Source: Fimbriimonadales bacterium
GTDB lineage: Bacteria; Armatimonadota; Fimbriimonadia; Fimbriimonadales; JABRVX01
Assembly (NCBI GenBank): GCA_045862955.1
Contig: BTVI01000007.1
Span: 15,778 to 79,777, forward strand
DNA: 64,000 nt
Direction: 5' to 3'
Position numbers and translations under genes: made by a program. Below, piece after piece: positions 1 through 10,667 of this stretch. The number at the start of each line of letters is the position of its first letter. Position 1 is the first letter of the stretch. Under the pieces are notes generated by a model. That model had not been told where the DNA came from. It saw nothing but the letters and a program-made list of their open reading frames with translations, and did not search any database.

Positions 1-8
1 CCGGATGC

Positions 9-34
9 ATGCTTCGACAGGCTCAGCATGACGG
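9..34 (-). repeat. Single copy of REP-like palindromic repeat family A (CCGTCATGCTGAGCCTGTCGAAGCAT)
   Basis: ATGCTTCGACAGGCTCAGCATGACGG is the reverse complement of the unit arrayed at 35741-36128. Confidence 0.85.
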
Positions 35-285
35 TCGCGGGTGGGCTACAGGCGCTCTATGCCCCGGCCCGCGTCCGGCGGCTAGCAGCTACCGACGGCA
101 TGAAGCCATCCTAAGGGCCGCGCCGGGGCACGGCTCGGAACCTCCGCGATGGTACAGTCACGAACTGCTTCAGCAGGCCCGAAGGCGCAAATCAAGAGGC
201 CAGACCGCCGAATGGTCGGGCGCATGGCAGCCGCAGCCTGACACAATCACAGAACGCAGCGTCGATCCATTCAAGGAGGCAAGTC

Positions 286-678
286 ATGCACTACGTGAGC
301 AAAATGCTAGTGGGCGCTATCGTCCTCGCCACCCTCCTTGCGCTAGTGGTGTCGCCGCTCGACGCCCAGGTGATGCGCGGCAGCCGAATGACCGTCATCG
401 CCCCCTCGACCGCAGCCCGAGAGGTAGCCCGGCAGGTAATGCGGCAATCGGGCTGGTCGGATGCCAAGCCCAAGCAGGCCGATGGCGTGCTCGTGGTGGT
501 ACGAAGCTCCATGTACAATCCGCTGTTCACTAGCAGCCGATCGTGCTTCTGCGACCTGCGCAGGAACGCTGAGAGGCAGCCGAGCCTGAGCGGCTCGAAG
601 TATCACATCTACGTGTACCGCCTGAACGACGATCTGACTGTGACCGAGGTCCGACACACCACCCGAGACGCGAAGTGA
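286..678 (+). CDS. Small secreted hypothetical protein
   Basis: AAGGAGG Shine-Dalgarno before ATG; hydrophobic N-terminus with a signal-peptidase-like end (LDA-Q); 130 aa. Confidence 0.7.
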   Translation: MHYVSKMLVGAIVLATLLALVVSPLDAQVMRGSRMTVIAPSTAAREVARQVMRQSGWSDAKPKQADGVLVVVRSSMYNPLFTSSRSCFCDLRRNAERQPSLSGSKYHIYVYRLNDDLTVTEVRHTTRDAK

Positions 679-706
679 TCCAGCGTCGCCTCGCCGGCCG
701 TCTAGG

Positions 707-712
707 TATAAT
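707..712 (+). promoter_or_regulatory. Sigma70 -10 box for the tRNA-Cys/scpAB transcript
   Basis: Perfect TATAAT 12 nt upstream of the tRNA 5' end. Confidence 0.6.
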
Positions 713-724
713 AATGCGAGACGG

Positions 725-800
725 GGCGCCGTACCCAAGTGGCTAAGGGAAGGGTCTGCAAAACCCTCATTCAGCGGTTCGATTCCGCTCGGCGCCTCCA
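725..800 (+). tRNA. tRNA-Cys (GCA)
   Basis: Acceptor stem GGCGCCG/CGGCGCC, anticodon arm AGGGT-CTGCAAA-ACCCT, T-loop GGTTCGATTCC, encoded 3' CCA. Confidence 0.96.
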
Positions 801-818
801 GTCTATTGGAGGTCGGCG

Positions 819-1570
819 ATACCAGCACCCGCACGCAGCAAGGATGCGCCCTCGGTAGGTTATCTCGGGCCTGGCAGCGCGCCGCCTGTCACGGTCCGCT
901 CGGAGGCGTTCGAGGGGCCGTTAGAGCGGTTGATCCAACTGGTCCGCGAGTGCCGAATCGAGCTTGCGGGCATTCCGCTCGCTCCCATCTGCCTCGAGTA
1001 CGTGCGGTACCTCGAGGAGACCGGTTGCAGTGAGATAGACAAGGCTTCGGCAGGCATGTTCGGCCTTGCTTACCTGGTCGAGCGCAAAGCCTGGGGCATG
1101 ATCCCGGAGGAAGAAGAGCCGGAGGATCTCGAGCCGGAGCTGAGCATCGAGCCTACCGCCTCCATCTTCGCTCCCGCTATCGAAGCGTTGGCAGAGGCGA
1201 AGGAGAGGCGGGAGCTGCTTTTCTTCAGGCAGCACGTAGCGGCGGATGGAGTGTACGAGCTTCCACTGGACCTCTCCAGCGTGAAGACCGAGGACCTGGT
1301 GAGGGCGCTGAAGCGGCTGCTGGAGCGCGCGGCGGAAGAACCGGAAGGACTTCCCTCGGGGCCACGCTTCTCTATGGCCGAGCTGACTCAGCGTGTGTTG
1401 GCAGCAGTGACAGCGGAATCGCCGGTCGAGTTCGAGAAGCTACTCCCCGAACACTACACACGATTGGACGTCGTATGGCATTTCCTGGCGGTACTGGAGA
1501 GCGTGAGACTGGGCTTCTGTCGAGTAACGGTTCGGGACGAGAGGATCTTGCTCCTGAGCCCCGCGACGGC

Positions 1571-1574
<4 letters not shown>
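819..1574 (+). CDS. scpA: Segregation and condensation protein A (SMC kleisin); start extended upstream of the ORF-track call at 930
   Basis: N-terminal FEGPLERLIQL motif in frame from 909, C-terminal winged helix VVWHFLAVLE, upstream of scpB; proposed start is ATA at 819 after GGAGGT. Confidence 0.85.
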
Positions 1575-2070
<496 letters not shown>

Positions 2071-2074
<4 letters not shown>

Positions 2075-3222
2075 GGCTCGCCCTCGCCCTACTGTTCTGT
2101 GCCTGTGTTCTCTGCCATGGGCAAAAGGGCGGGGAAATCCAAGCCGCGTCCTACATCGCGATCGACGCTGCAAGCGGCGCGGTCCTCTTCGAGAAAGCGG
2201 CAGACGTGAGGCGCTACCCGGCAAGTACCACCAAGATCATGACGGCGCTGCTCCTTCTGGAGTCCTGCGACCTCGACTCCTACGTGACTGCGCCGCCCGA
2301 CTTCGCCTTCGTCGGCGAGAGCTCCATGAACCTAAAGCCCGGTGAGCGCATCTCAGTCAAAGACCTGCTGTACTGCATCCTCCTGCGGTCTGCCAACGAT
2401 GGCTGCCAGCTTGCCGCGCTTCACGTTTCCGGTTCGGAAGAAGCTTTCTGCGCCAAAATGACCGAACGCGCACGGAGCCTGGGTGCCGTGAACACCAACT
2501 TCGTGAACCCGCACGGTCTTCACGACGATCGCCACTACAGCACGGCCCGAGACCTCGCACTGATCGCGCGCGAGGCAATGCGCTCGCCTTTCTTCCGGCA
2601 CGTGGTCGCCACGCGCAAGCACCGCGTGGAACGCAGCATCAACGGTGAAGACCTGTGGATGGTCAACCGCAACCGCCTCCTCGGCCCCGGTTCTATCGTG
2701 GATGGGATCAAGACCGGATACACTGCGAAGGCCGGTCACTGCTTTGTCGGCAGCGCGGAGCAGGGGGGCTTCCGCGTTATCACCGTGGTGCTCGACAGCC
2801 CCGACTGGCGGTCCGATACGCTGGCACTTATCAACCGATGCTATGCCTCGTACGAGCGAACCGCAGTACTCCCCAGCCGCCACATTTCTGGCAGAGCGCT
2901 GGTGCGAGGCGGAACGGCACCCACAGTGGCCGCGCTGACCGAACGCGAGGCCTATGCACTCCTCCCACGCTCCTCGCCTTCCAAGCCCGAAATCAAAGTG
3001 AAGCTCGACGAGGTCCAGGCTCCCGTGGCACTCGGCCAGAAGCTGGGAGAGCTTCGGGTTGTCCACGAGGGACATGTCGTTGGCGCGGTGCCTCTGGTTG
3101 CCGCGGAGGAGGTGGGAGCGTCCGTCCAAGCCTCCATTTCTGGATGGTCCGCGTGGACGCTCCTGTTCGGCGTGTTCGCGGTGGCCGCTTGGCGTCTGCT
3201 TCGCTGGAACCCCGGTGGCTGA
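2071..3222 (+). CDS. D-alanyl-D-alanine carboxypeptidase (peptidase S11) with C-terminal membrane anchor
   Basis: PASTTK (SxxK), SAN, NPHGL and KTG motifs; signal peptide; C-terminal hydrophobic helix. Confidence 0.92.
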
Positions 3223-3940
3223 GCGTCTCCAAAAGCTGTTGGCCGCTGCCGGCTATGGCTCACGGCGCGCATGTGAGGTACTCATCCTGGAAGGCCGCGT
3301 CAGCGTCAATGGAACCGTGGTCACAGAGCTGGGGGCGAAGGCCGACCTCACCACCGACGTCATCGCGGTAGATGGGAAACCGATCGCTCGACCCCGTCTG
3401 CTGTACGTACTAATGAACAAGCCTCCAGGTTACGTGACCACAGTGAGAGACCCGCGCGCTGGCCGCTCGGTAATGCAGCTCCTCCCTGACCTTCCTACCC
3501 GAGTCTTTCCCGTGGGCAGACTCGACAAGGACACCTCCGGCGTGCTGCTGTTCACGAACGACGGAGACCTGGCAAACCGCCTGACACACCCGAGCCACGG
3601 GGTGCGCAAGACCTACCGCGCCGTGGTGGGCTCGACTCCCTCGGACGCGACGCTGGAGCGCCTCCGCAAAGGAGTGCGACTGGAGGATGGGATGACCGCA
3701 CCTGCCGAGGTCAGAGTCCTTGGCCAGGACAGGAAGTCGGGGCGGTGTACGTTGGAGCTAGTCATAAAGGAGGGCCGCAAGCGCCAGGTCAGGCGTATGC
3801 TCGAGGCTGTGGGTCACCCCGTGGAGGAACTCACGCGTACACGGTTCGGGCCGCTCTCGACATACCGACTGCCGAAGGGCGCCTGCCGCATGCTCTCCAA
3901 TGTCGAGGTGGAGCGCCTGTACAGGCTCGTAGGGCTATGA
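3215..3940 (+). CDS. rluB: rRNA pseudouridine synthase, RsuA/RluB family
   Basis: S4 domain ERLQKLLAAAGYGSRR, catalytic GRLDKDTSG, EGRKRQVRRM; GTG start at 3215; scpAB context. Confidence 0.88.
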   Translation: MAERLQKLLAAAGYGSRRACEVLILEGRVSVNGTVVTELGAKADLTTDVIAVDGKPIARPRLLYVLMNKPPGYVTTVRDPRAGRSVMQLLPDLPTRVFPVGRLDKDTSGVLLFTNDGDLANRLTHPSHGVRKTYRAVVGSTPSDATLERLRKGVRLEDGMTAPAEVRVLGQDRKSGRCTLELVIKEGRKRQVRRMLEAVGHPVEELTRTRFGPLSTYRLPKGACRMLSNVEVERLYRLVGL

Positions 3941-4740
3941 GAGTCTTCGTCTGTCTCGCTGTCGTGGCGCTTTTCCTCGCCGGATGCACGGAGCGCAAGC
4001 ACACCGCGCAGACCGATAGAGTCGTGACGCTCTCGCCCGCGCTCACCGAGGTGGTGTTCGCCCTCGGCAAAGGCGACCGTCTCGTAGGCATCACCACCGC
4101 TTGCGACTATCCCCCGCAGGTCCAACGCATCCCGCGTGTGACCGACTACCGGTTGAACGTCGAGGCCGTGGTTGCTGCCAACCCGTCGCTGGTGCTCGCC
4201 GATATGACCGTGAACAACCCCGACGAGCTCGCGCGCCTGGAATCGCTCGGTGTGCGAGTGGTGCGTTTTACACCTACCTCCGTCGCAGCCACAGCAGAGA
4301 TGATCCGCGCCGTCGGCCGACTTCTCGGCGCCGCAAAGAGGGGCGAAGAGCTTTCCCGCAAGCTGGAGTCCGCAGGGCAGAGGCTCCCGTCCCCGCCGAA
4401 GGCGGTGTTCACTTTGGGCAAGAATGGGCTGTACGTCGCGGGCTCCGACTCGCTCACCGCCGACTGCGTACGCCGCGCTGGGGGCGAGGTAGCAGCGGAC
4501 AAGCAAGCGAAGTTCTATCCAGCCAGCCGCGAGTCGGTGATCTTCTCTGACCCCGACGTCATCTTCACTACCGGGGACCCGAAGGAGTTCCTGGAGGACC
4601 CACTGTGGCAGTCATGCAAGGCGGTCGCCAACCGGGCCGTGTACCACGTGGATGCCTCGCTGGCCACGCGTCCTGGGCCACGCTTGGCGGAGGCCATCCG
4701 CGTAATGTCGGAAGCCTTGTCGAAGGTGGCGAGCCGCTAG
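3937..4740 (+). CDS. ABC transporter substrate-binding lipoprotein, BtuF/Fe-siderophore (helical backbone) family
   Basis: Lipobox FLAGC, RVVTLSPALTEVVFALG, CDYP, RPGPRL; ATGA coupling to rluB. Confidence 0.85.
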   Translation: MRVFVCLAVVALFLAGCTERKHTAQTDRVVTLSPALTEVVFALGKGDRLVGITTACDYPPQVQRIPRVTDYRLNVEAVVAANPSLVLADMTVNNPDELARLESLGVRVVRFTPTSVAATAEMIRAVGRLLGAAKRGEELSRKLESAGQRLPSPPKAVFTLGKNGLYVAGSDSLTADCVRRAGGEVAADKQAKFYPASRESVIFSDPDVIFTTGDPKEFLEDPLWQSCKAVANRAVYHVDASLATRPGPRLAEAIRVMSEALSKVASR

Positions 4741-5315
4741 AGTTCGGATGCAGCGAGCAGCATCCGTCGGATCGCCTCGTCTGATCTGGCTTCTAGGTCT
4801 GCCAGCACGGCGTGCCGACGCGCGATCTCCCTCGCCCGATTCAGGATGTTCAGCGCGCTGATAATGTCCCCAGCTGCTTCTGCGGTCTGGGCCCAACCGG
4901 TTAGGCACTCCGCGGCGAGTTCCTCACTGTTCGCGCGGGTTGCAATCTCGGCGGCGGAGGAGAAGCAGTCCGCTGAGAAGTCGTAGGCCTCCAGCGAACG
5001 ATAGGCCTCTCCCAGGCGGCACAGGCAGCGAGCGCGAAACTCGTGGTCGGCCTTCTGGGTAGGCGGGTGTGATGTGAAATGCTCCTCGAGCGCGCGCTCG
5101 AGGTAGCGGATGAGAGCCTCCGTGTCACCCATCCGGCCGTAGCACATCCCGATGTTATAGAGGGCCTCGGCGCGGGACCGAGCGTTGGCGCCTGACTCTT
5201 CCAGGCTCACGAGAGCATCGAGCCAACGGGAGATAGCCCCGCGGTAGTCAGCCTTTTCGTAGAGGGCTCGTCCCTCCGCGTCGGCCTTAGACCATGCTTG
5301 CGTATCAGGTTGCAT
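4737..5315 (-). CDS. Tetratricopeptide repeat protein
   Basis: TPR-like helices AEALYNIGMCYGRMGD and ARCLCRLGEAY. Confidence 0.75.
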   Translation of the reverse strand: MQPDTQAWSKADAEGRALYEKADYRGAISRWLDALVSLEESGANARSRAEALYNIGMCYGRMGDTEALIRYLERALEEHFTSHPPTQKADHEFRARCLCRLGEAYRSLEAYDFSADCFSSAAEIATRANSEELAAECLTGWAQTAEAAGDIISALNILNRAREIARRHAVLADLEARSDEAIRRMLLAASEL

Positions 5316-5469
5316 CCGAAGTGTCCTTCATAGCGAGCCGGCGACTTCCGAACTCATACGGTCATTGCCGCTCGTCTGCCTGGCGCCGTCTGATCGGCGT
5401 GGGCGAACGAAGGACCAATCCTCCAATCTCTATTGTACCCCCGTTTTCGGGAACTCGTGTCTGGCCGCA

Positions 5470-5516
5470 ACACAAAATGTGGCCATTACCTCCGTATAGA
5501 GGCCAACATGTTGACG
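5470..5516. promoter_or_regulatory. Candidate tandem NrdR boxes
   Basis: ACACAAAATGTGGCCA (5470) and GGCCAACATGTTGACG (5501) fit the CwAnATnTnG core of the NrdR box and are 31 bp apart. Confidence 0.45.
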
Positions 5517-5662
5517 GTCTGGGCTCATGTTGATCCACCCTTCGATGCTCTCTTCCCAAAAAGGGCAGGGAGAACCCCGGTCGAAAGCCCCTCCCGCAGA
5601 TTGTCGGGCCCTCTGCGTTGTCGGCTTGCCTTCGTGGCCCCGTAGGCCCGTGGCCCGTTGTG

Positions 5663-5694
5663 TGGAGGGGCGGGCACCCTGCCCGCCCCCTCCA
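5663..5694 (-). terminator. GC-rich hairpin downstream of the 5700-6851 gene
   Basis: TGGAGGGGCGGGCA-CCC-TGCCCGCCCCCTCCA. Confidence 0.6.
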
Positions 5695-5699
5695 GAGCT

Positions 5700-6851
5700 C
5701 TACTCGCTCTTGATCGTCAGCTTCTTCCCGTCCAACACGAATGCCATCGTGATCTGGCTGCCTGGACCGCCGCGAATGCCAACCATCTTCCGCTGCTCGG
5801 GCGTCAGGTCGCTCAGCTTGAGATACCCTTGCTTCTCGTGGAGCGCCCACTGATCCGGCGTGATGCTGTCCATCAACTCCCGAACGTCTCCGCCGCGAAA
5901 CTCGAAGGACTCTTTCAGCGAGGGCACGTCCTTCAGCATCTTGCGGAGGTCAGGCATATCCTTGAACAGCTCCTTCAGATCGGGCAGCGCCCCGATCCGC
6001 TCGCGAAGGCGCGGGGTCTCCAGCTTGAACTCACGATCCAAATAGCCGCGCTCGCGCAGCCACTCTTCCATCCGCTTGCGCTTTTCTGGAGTGAGGTCCT
6101 TCCGCCACTCGAACTCGCGCACCCGGTCGGGTTGGAACACCCGGGGAGCCTCTCTGAACTCGAAACCCGGAACACCGCCTCGTTTCTCCAGTTCCTTGGC
6201 GAGCCTCTCCAACTGGTCGGCGCTCTTGCGCAGTTCATCACCCAGCTTCGCCCAATCGCCGCCGTCACCGTCTCGCTCCTTGGCGGACTCGCGAAGCGCT
6301 TTCGCAGTCTCACGCAGCGACTCGGCAATGCTTTCCGACTTGGGGAGGTCGAGCTGAACCCGCCCTGAGTCGTCTGTCCGCAACTTGGGGGCCAATTCGA
6401 ACAGAGTGCCGGCCTGCGGAGTCTGGATTAACAGGCCTCGCCGCTTCAGGTGAACGACTCCTTTTTCCACGGCGAACTGGCGGTTGTATGCGGACGCCAG
6501 GATCTCCAGCGCCTCGCGCACGGTCTTCTCCGGCCCGATGCGCAGCGTTACTCGGCGTCCGGTCTCACCCGGATCGGCAACCACGATGTCCAGGTCCCGG
6601 CACGCATCGAGGCTCGTCAGAGTCTCGATCGCGGTCTTCAAATCGGCGTTGTCCAGCGACAGCGTGGTCCCCAGCTTCCGGTCGAGGGCGGCAGGAGCCT
6701 GGACCACCTCATTGGCCGTCTCGACTCTTTGCACGCCGGACTTTTCATAAGCGGCCTTTGCCGCATCCTGCTGCGAAATTGCGAACACCAGCCCCAGCGA
6801 GACCGCGACGATACCCGCGGGCACAAGCAGACGAGCTGCTGAAATGCTCAT
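5700..6851 (-). CDS. Exported protein with STN-like (secretin/TonB N-terminal) domain and charged coiled-coil region
   Basis: GAGGAGG SD before ATG 6851; N-terminal hydrophobic segment; LSLDNADLKTAIETL...VTL...TVREALEILA...FAVEKGVVHL resembles STN. Confidence 0.65.
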   Translation of the reverse strand: MSISAARLLVPAGIVAVSLGLVFAISQQDAAKAAYEKSGVQRVETANEVVQAPAALDRKLGTTLSLDNADLKTAIETLTSLDACRDLDIVVADPGETGRRVTLRIGPEKTVREALEILASAYNRQFAVEKGVVHLKRRGLLIQTPQAGTLFELAPKLRTDDSGRVQLDLPKSESIAESLRETAKALRESAKERDGDGGDWAKLGDELRKSADQLERLAKELEKRGGVPGFEFREAPRVFQPDRVREFEWRKDLTPEKRKRMEEWLRERGYLDREFKLETPRLRERIGALPDLKELFKDMPDLRKMLKDVPSLKESFEFRGGDVRELMDSITPDQWALHEKQGYLKLSDLTPEQRKMVGIRGGPGSQITMAFVLDGKKLTIKSE

Positions 6852-7024
6852 GCCTATCCTCCTCGCTCTCACATGCCGCGCCAGCCGAAGAGATGACCGA
6901 CGCCGCAGAGGGCATCATCCGCCCCAAAACGCTCTACCTGCACTACGCCCAAGGGCCCCAGCGTAGTTCCGGGCAAAGGGACGGGCGCACCGAGACCGAA
7001 TCCCTGAAAAGGAGGTTGCTCGCT

Positions 7025-10000
7025 ATGCTGATGTTCCCGCTCCTCTCGGCTGCCCTCGGTGTCTGCGCTCTCTCGGGGGCGGACGTGGAATGGAAAACCT
7101 TTGGCACCATGCGCCTCGGCGACGCCGACGTGCCCGTCCGCTTCCCGGCCGATGCGCTGGTCCCGGTCACCGTAGACGGTCCGCACTTCCAGCACGACGG
7201 CAGAACCTACGAGATTAACCGGTGGGGCAACCTGGGACGTTCCTACCTGGGACGGGGCGGTTGGGATGAGTTCTCCAAGGAATACGAAACTGCTATGGAG
7301 CGGATCCGCAACGGCTCTCCGAACGTGTGGCGTGCCAAGTGCACCGTATTCACCACACTCGACCTGCTGTACGAGGATGCGGATGGCGTGCTCCATCGCC
7401 AGTGGGTGAAGATGGACCCCGAAGACCTCGACCTATGCCGCGAAACCTTTGCACGGTGGAAGACGCTCGTCGAAGTATTCTCGGGCGGCAATCTGAAGGT
7501 AGAGGTGGACTTCAACATCGAGGACCAGCCGGTGAGGGGGCACTACCGCGGCAACGAGTCCTGGTCCTTCGATCCGCGTGTTGCCGGTGAGGTGTACTAC
7601 CGAGGCCTCACAAATCGCGGTGACTTCGACTGCATCCTGTTCTTCTGGTACCCGGGCCCTTCCACGGCCTTCTCGTTCGGAGGGACGGCCGGGCGCACGA
7701 ACGGCGCCACGCAGGCCTATGTGCTGCTCTCGCACGGACGCGAGCTCGGCGCACGCATCGGCCACGCGGAAGCCATGCTGCACGAGTGGTACCACCAGAT
7801 CGAAGGGACCTACGGGCTTTGGGGATACGGCGGGCCAGAGTATAGCTGGTTACCTCACCTGCACTCTGCCGAGCAAAACGGGTACGCGGTGGACCAAGCG
7901 GGCCACACGGGATGGTTCTCCTGGATGCGCGACCTGTTCCGCTACTCGGTCCGCCCGGGCATGTGGTTGAAGATGAGCAACCGACGCGAGCCGGACTACG
8001 CGGCGGTGGCCAAGCAGACGCATACCACGGACGATCCGGTCCCGGTCACCTGGTCCGAGGTCCGCGACGATCCATGGGCGAAGCTGCCTTACCTGACGCC
8101 CGAGACTATCGCAAAGCGCCTGGGTGTTTCCAGCATCGAGGTCAAGCACACCCAGACCGACGTATGCTTCGTGCCCTCAGAGGAAGGAAGCATTCTCTCC
8201 GTCGTGCGCCAAGAGCCGGACCCTGAAAACTCCATCCTGGATAACCAGCTCAACTTCTTGCGCGAGGGCGTGGCCGGATTCCGTTATCGTGCCGGCGATC
8301 AGGTTCGACAGATGCTGTTCGTGCGTTGGGACCTGATCGACATGGTAGTGGACAGGCTGGCCGACCACCCCGTTGGCACGCAGCCGCCCGCGAACGTTCT
8401 CGGCTACCTGTCCGTGGACGCGAAGATGATGGTGGTCTTGGACACCGCAATGGACCGCGACACTCTTGCCGAGACCGGGCTGCTGCGCGTCGGCACGGCC
8501 GGAGTGCCGGTGGATGTGCAGTTCTCGGGGGCTGCTGCATCGGGTCAGCAGTTCGCGCCCCGCATCGAGTGCGACTTGCCCGGCCTGTCGCGTTGGGAGC
8601 TGTACGAGTGGGGCACGGTCCGACCGGTGGAGCGAACCACGTCGGGGTTCCGCTTTGCCCCGCCGAGCAACGCGTCGGCTGCGGTGTACGAGGCTAGGGC
8701 CACTGGGGCCGCGGGCGAGATGGTCTCCCGGCCCATCACGGTTCATGCACTCGACGCCTTGCACGTTCGCCTCCTGCCCGTCGGGTCATCAAGAGTGTCC
8801 GGCAAGGAGCACAGGCTGAAGCTGGAACTGAGGAGCAACGAGGCCGGCGAGGCAGGTGTGGAGTGGGACCTACCGAGAGGCTGGCGGCCGATTGGGGACG
8901 CCCCTTCGAGCGTGAGATTGCAGCCGAACGCGCTAACAGCGATGGAGTATGCCTTCGACGTTTCAGGATGTCCGGAGGGGAAGACCAGCGTGCGTGCTCT
9001 GGTGGATGTCGGCGGCAAGTCGTTCCCTGCAGAGGCGGCCCTCGAGGTCTTCCGCCAGCCGGTGCTTCAGCACGATGACTTCGAGACGGGCCCCGGGGGT
9101 TGGGACAGTCCTCGGAACGACCGCGCTGGATGGACGGTGGAGGCAGCAGCAGATGCAGAGCGCGGTGGCAACGTGTTGGCCGTCACCGACCAGGGCGGCA
9201 CCCACTGGGGGCGGGTGAACGCCTTCGGTCGGTACTTGCCCAACGGCCAACCCGATCCCGATGCGCCCGGCTACGACGCGAGCGTGTATCGCTTCGTGGA
9301 GCTTTACATGAAGACCACGAGTCGAGAGTCGTGCGGGCTCATCGTGACCCTGGCAGACCAGAAACGCTACGCCGTGATGCTCACCGGCCGTCATCGCGAG
9401 CAGTGGGGCGAGAGCACAGAGCTACCACGGGCGCGGTTCGTCGCCGACGGCACCTGGCAGCGCGTGGTGTACGACCTGGGCGGCGCGCTCGAAAAGGCCA
9501 CCGGTAGCCCCGGGCCGCACATCGTCACTGACATCGGCTTCGGTGACCCGCGGAAGTTCTGCAGCAACCAGTGGTTCTCATCCGACCGCATCACCTACTT
9601 CGTGGACGACTTCCGCATCCTGCAGCAAGCCGAGCCTGGCGAGGAGGCACCGCTACCCGAAGCAGAGCCGAGTCTCGATTCCGCGGATCCTCTGCTGCGC
9701 GCTGCAGCGTGTGCTCGTGTCAAGCCAGATTCCCCGCTCTCCGATATCCAGGCTGTGGCAAAGCTGCTCTCTGACATCAACGCGACGGTGCGGCTGAACG
9801 CTGCCGGTGTCTTCACACGGGTGAAGCATACGGAGGCCGAGCCCGCTCTGATTCAGGAGATCATGGACACCGACGCCCGGGTGGCAGAGTATGCTGCCCG
9901 TGCACTCGCGTTCCAGGGTACCGAGAGGGCGATGGCAGCCCTGCGGGAAGGTGTTGCGAAAGCACTTTCCGGCTATACCCGCGGGGTGATAGCCGAGCTC

Positions 10001-10492
10001 CTCGCCGACAAGAACGACACCAAGGCACTGGCAGGCATCGGCTCGCTGATGAACTCGCCGGACGTCGCGGGGCGGGTCGCAGCCTGTCGCGCGCTCGGCA
10101 AGATGGGAGGCCAGGGGGGCCACGTGTTTCTGCTCGGCTTCCTGAACGACTCCGACCCGAACGTGCGGGCGGCGGCAGCGCGTGCTGTGTCCGACCCATC
10201 GCTCGTCGGGCTGGACATTAGGTTGGCCGATGCAGTACAGCACGAAACCTCGGACTTGGTGCGGGCTGAAGCAGGTGCCGCGCTGTTGCTCTCCAACAAG
10301 CCCGCCATGGTGGAGGTAGGCCTTTCGCTGCTGAGACACCCCAATCCGGACATCCGCCAGCTGGTTGTGACTCGAATGGGGCAGATCGGCAGAAAGGAGT
10401 GGGTGGAGAGTGTTCGTCTGCTCGTGGAAGATGTCAACCCGGAGGTCCGTGAGGCAGCTGGACGCGCGCTGCGTCGTCTGCAGGGCGAGTAG
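7025..10492 (+). CDS. Large exported multidomain protein: HExxH metalloprotease-like region, beta-sandwich/CBM-like domains, C-terminal HEAT repeats
   Basis: AAAGGAGGT SD before ATG 7025; signal peptide; AMLHEWYHQ; HDDFETG...YFVDDFRI jelly-roll signature; HEAT repeats such as LNDSDPNVRAAAARA. Confidence 0.75.
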   Translation: MLMFPLLSAALGVCALSGADVEWKTFGTMRLGDADVPVRFPADALVPVTVDGPHFQHDGRTYEINRWGNLGRSYLGRGGWDEFSKEYETAMERIRNGSPNVWRAKCTVFTTLDLLYEDADGVLHRQWVKMDPEDLDLCRETFARWKTLVEVFSGGNLKVEVDFNIEDQPVRGHYRGNESWSFDPRVAGEVYYRGLTNRGDFDCILFFWYPGPSTAFSFGGTAGRTNGATQAYVLLSHGRELGARIGHAEAMLHEWYHQIEGTYGLWGYGGPEYSWLPHLHSAEQNGYAVDQAGHTGWFSWMRDLFRYSVRPGMWLKMSNRREPDYAAVAKQTHTTDDPVPVTWSEVRDDPWAKLPYLTPETIAKRLGVSSIEVKHTQTDVCFVPSEEGSILSVVRQEPDPENSILDNQLNFLREGVAGFRYRAGDQVRQMLFVRWDLIDMVVDRLADHPVGTQPPANVLGYLSVDAKMMVVLDTAMDRDTLAETGLLRVGTAGVPVDVQFSGAAASGQQFAPRIECDLPGLSRWELYEWGTVRPVERTTSGFRFAPPSNASAAVYEARATGAAGEMVSRPITVHALDALHVRLLPVGSSRVSGKEHRLKLELRSNEAGEAGVEWDLPRGWRPIGDAPSSVRLQPNALTAMEYAFDVSGCPEGKTSVRALVDVGGKSFPAEAALEVFRQPVLQHDDFETGPGGWDSPRNDRAGWTVEAAADAERGGNVLAVTDQGGTHWGRVNAFGRYLPNGQPDPDAPGYDASVYRFVELYMKTTSRESCGLIVTLADQKRYAVMLTGRHREQWGESTELPRARFVADGTWQRVVYDLGGALEKATGSPGPHIVTDIGFGDPRKFCSNQWFSSDRITYFVDDFRILQQAEPGEEAPLPEAEPSLDSADPLLRAAACARVKPDSPLSDIQAVAKLLSDINATVRLNAAGVFTRVKHTEAEPALIQEIMDTDARVAEYAARALAFQGTERAMAALREGVAKALSGYTRGVIAELLADKNDTKALAGIGSLMNSPDVAGRVAACRALGKMGGQGGHVFLLGFLNDSDPNVRAAAARAVSDPSLVGLDIRLADAVQHETSDLVRAEAGAALLLSNKPAMVEVGLSLLRHPNPDIRQLVVTRMGQIGRKEWVESVRLLVEDVNPEVREAAGRALRRLQGE

Positions 10493-10667
10493 GGCCTAGG
10501 GAACCGATGCCTCCGCCTGGCACGTGCTTGGAGTGGGAAGAACCGGGATCGCGCTGCCGCAAGTGGTGGTTGCGCGGATGTCGGAAGGGCATCGAGCAGA
10601 GGGGGACAGCGCGAGCAGGCTCGCGCTGTCCCGAGAGCACTCCCAGACCGCTCCTTAGGAGGGTGAG

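Noticed and set aside
725-800. tRNA-Cys as an integration site for an island
   Set aside because: No integrase and no duplicated tRNA 3' end in the window; housekeeping scpA follows directly
6488-7024. N-terminal extension giving a 1334-aa protein
   Set aside because: Overlaps the opposite-strand gene; a strong SD and signal peptide start at 7025
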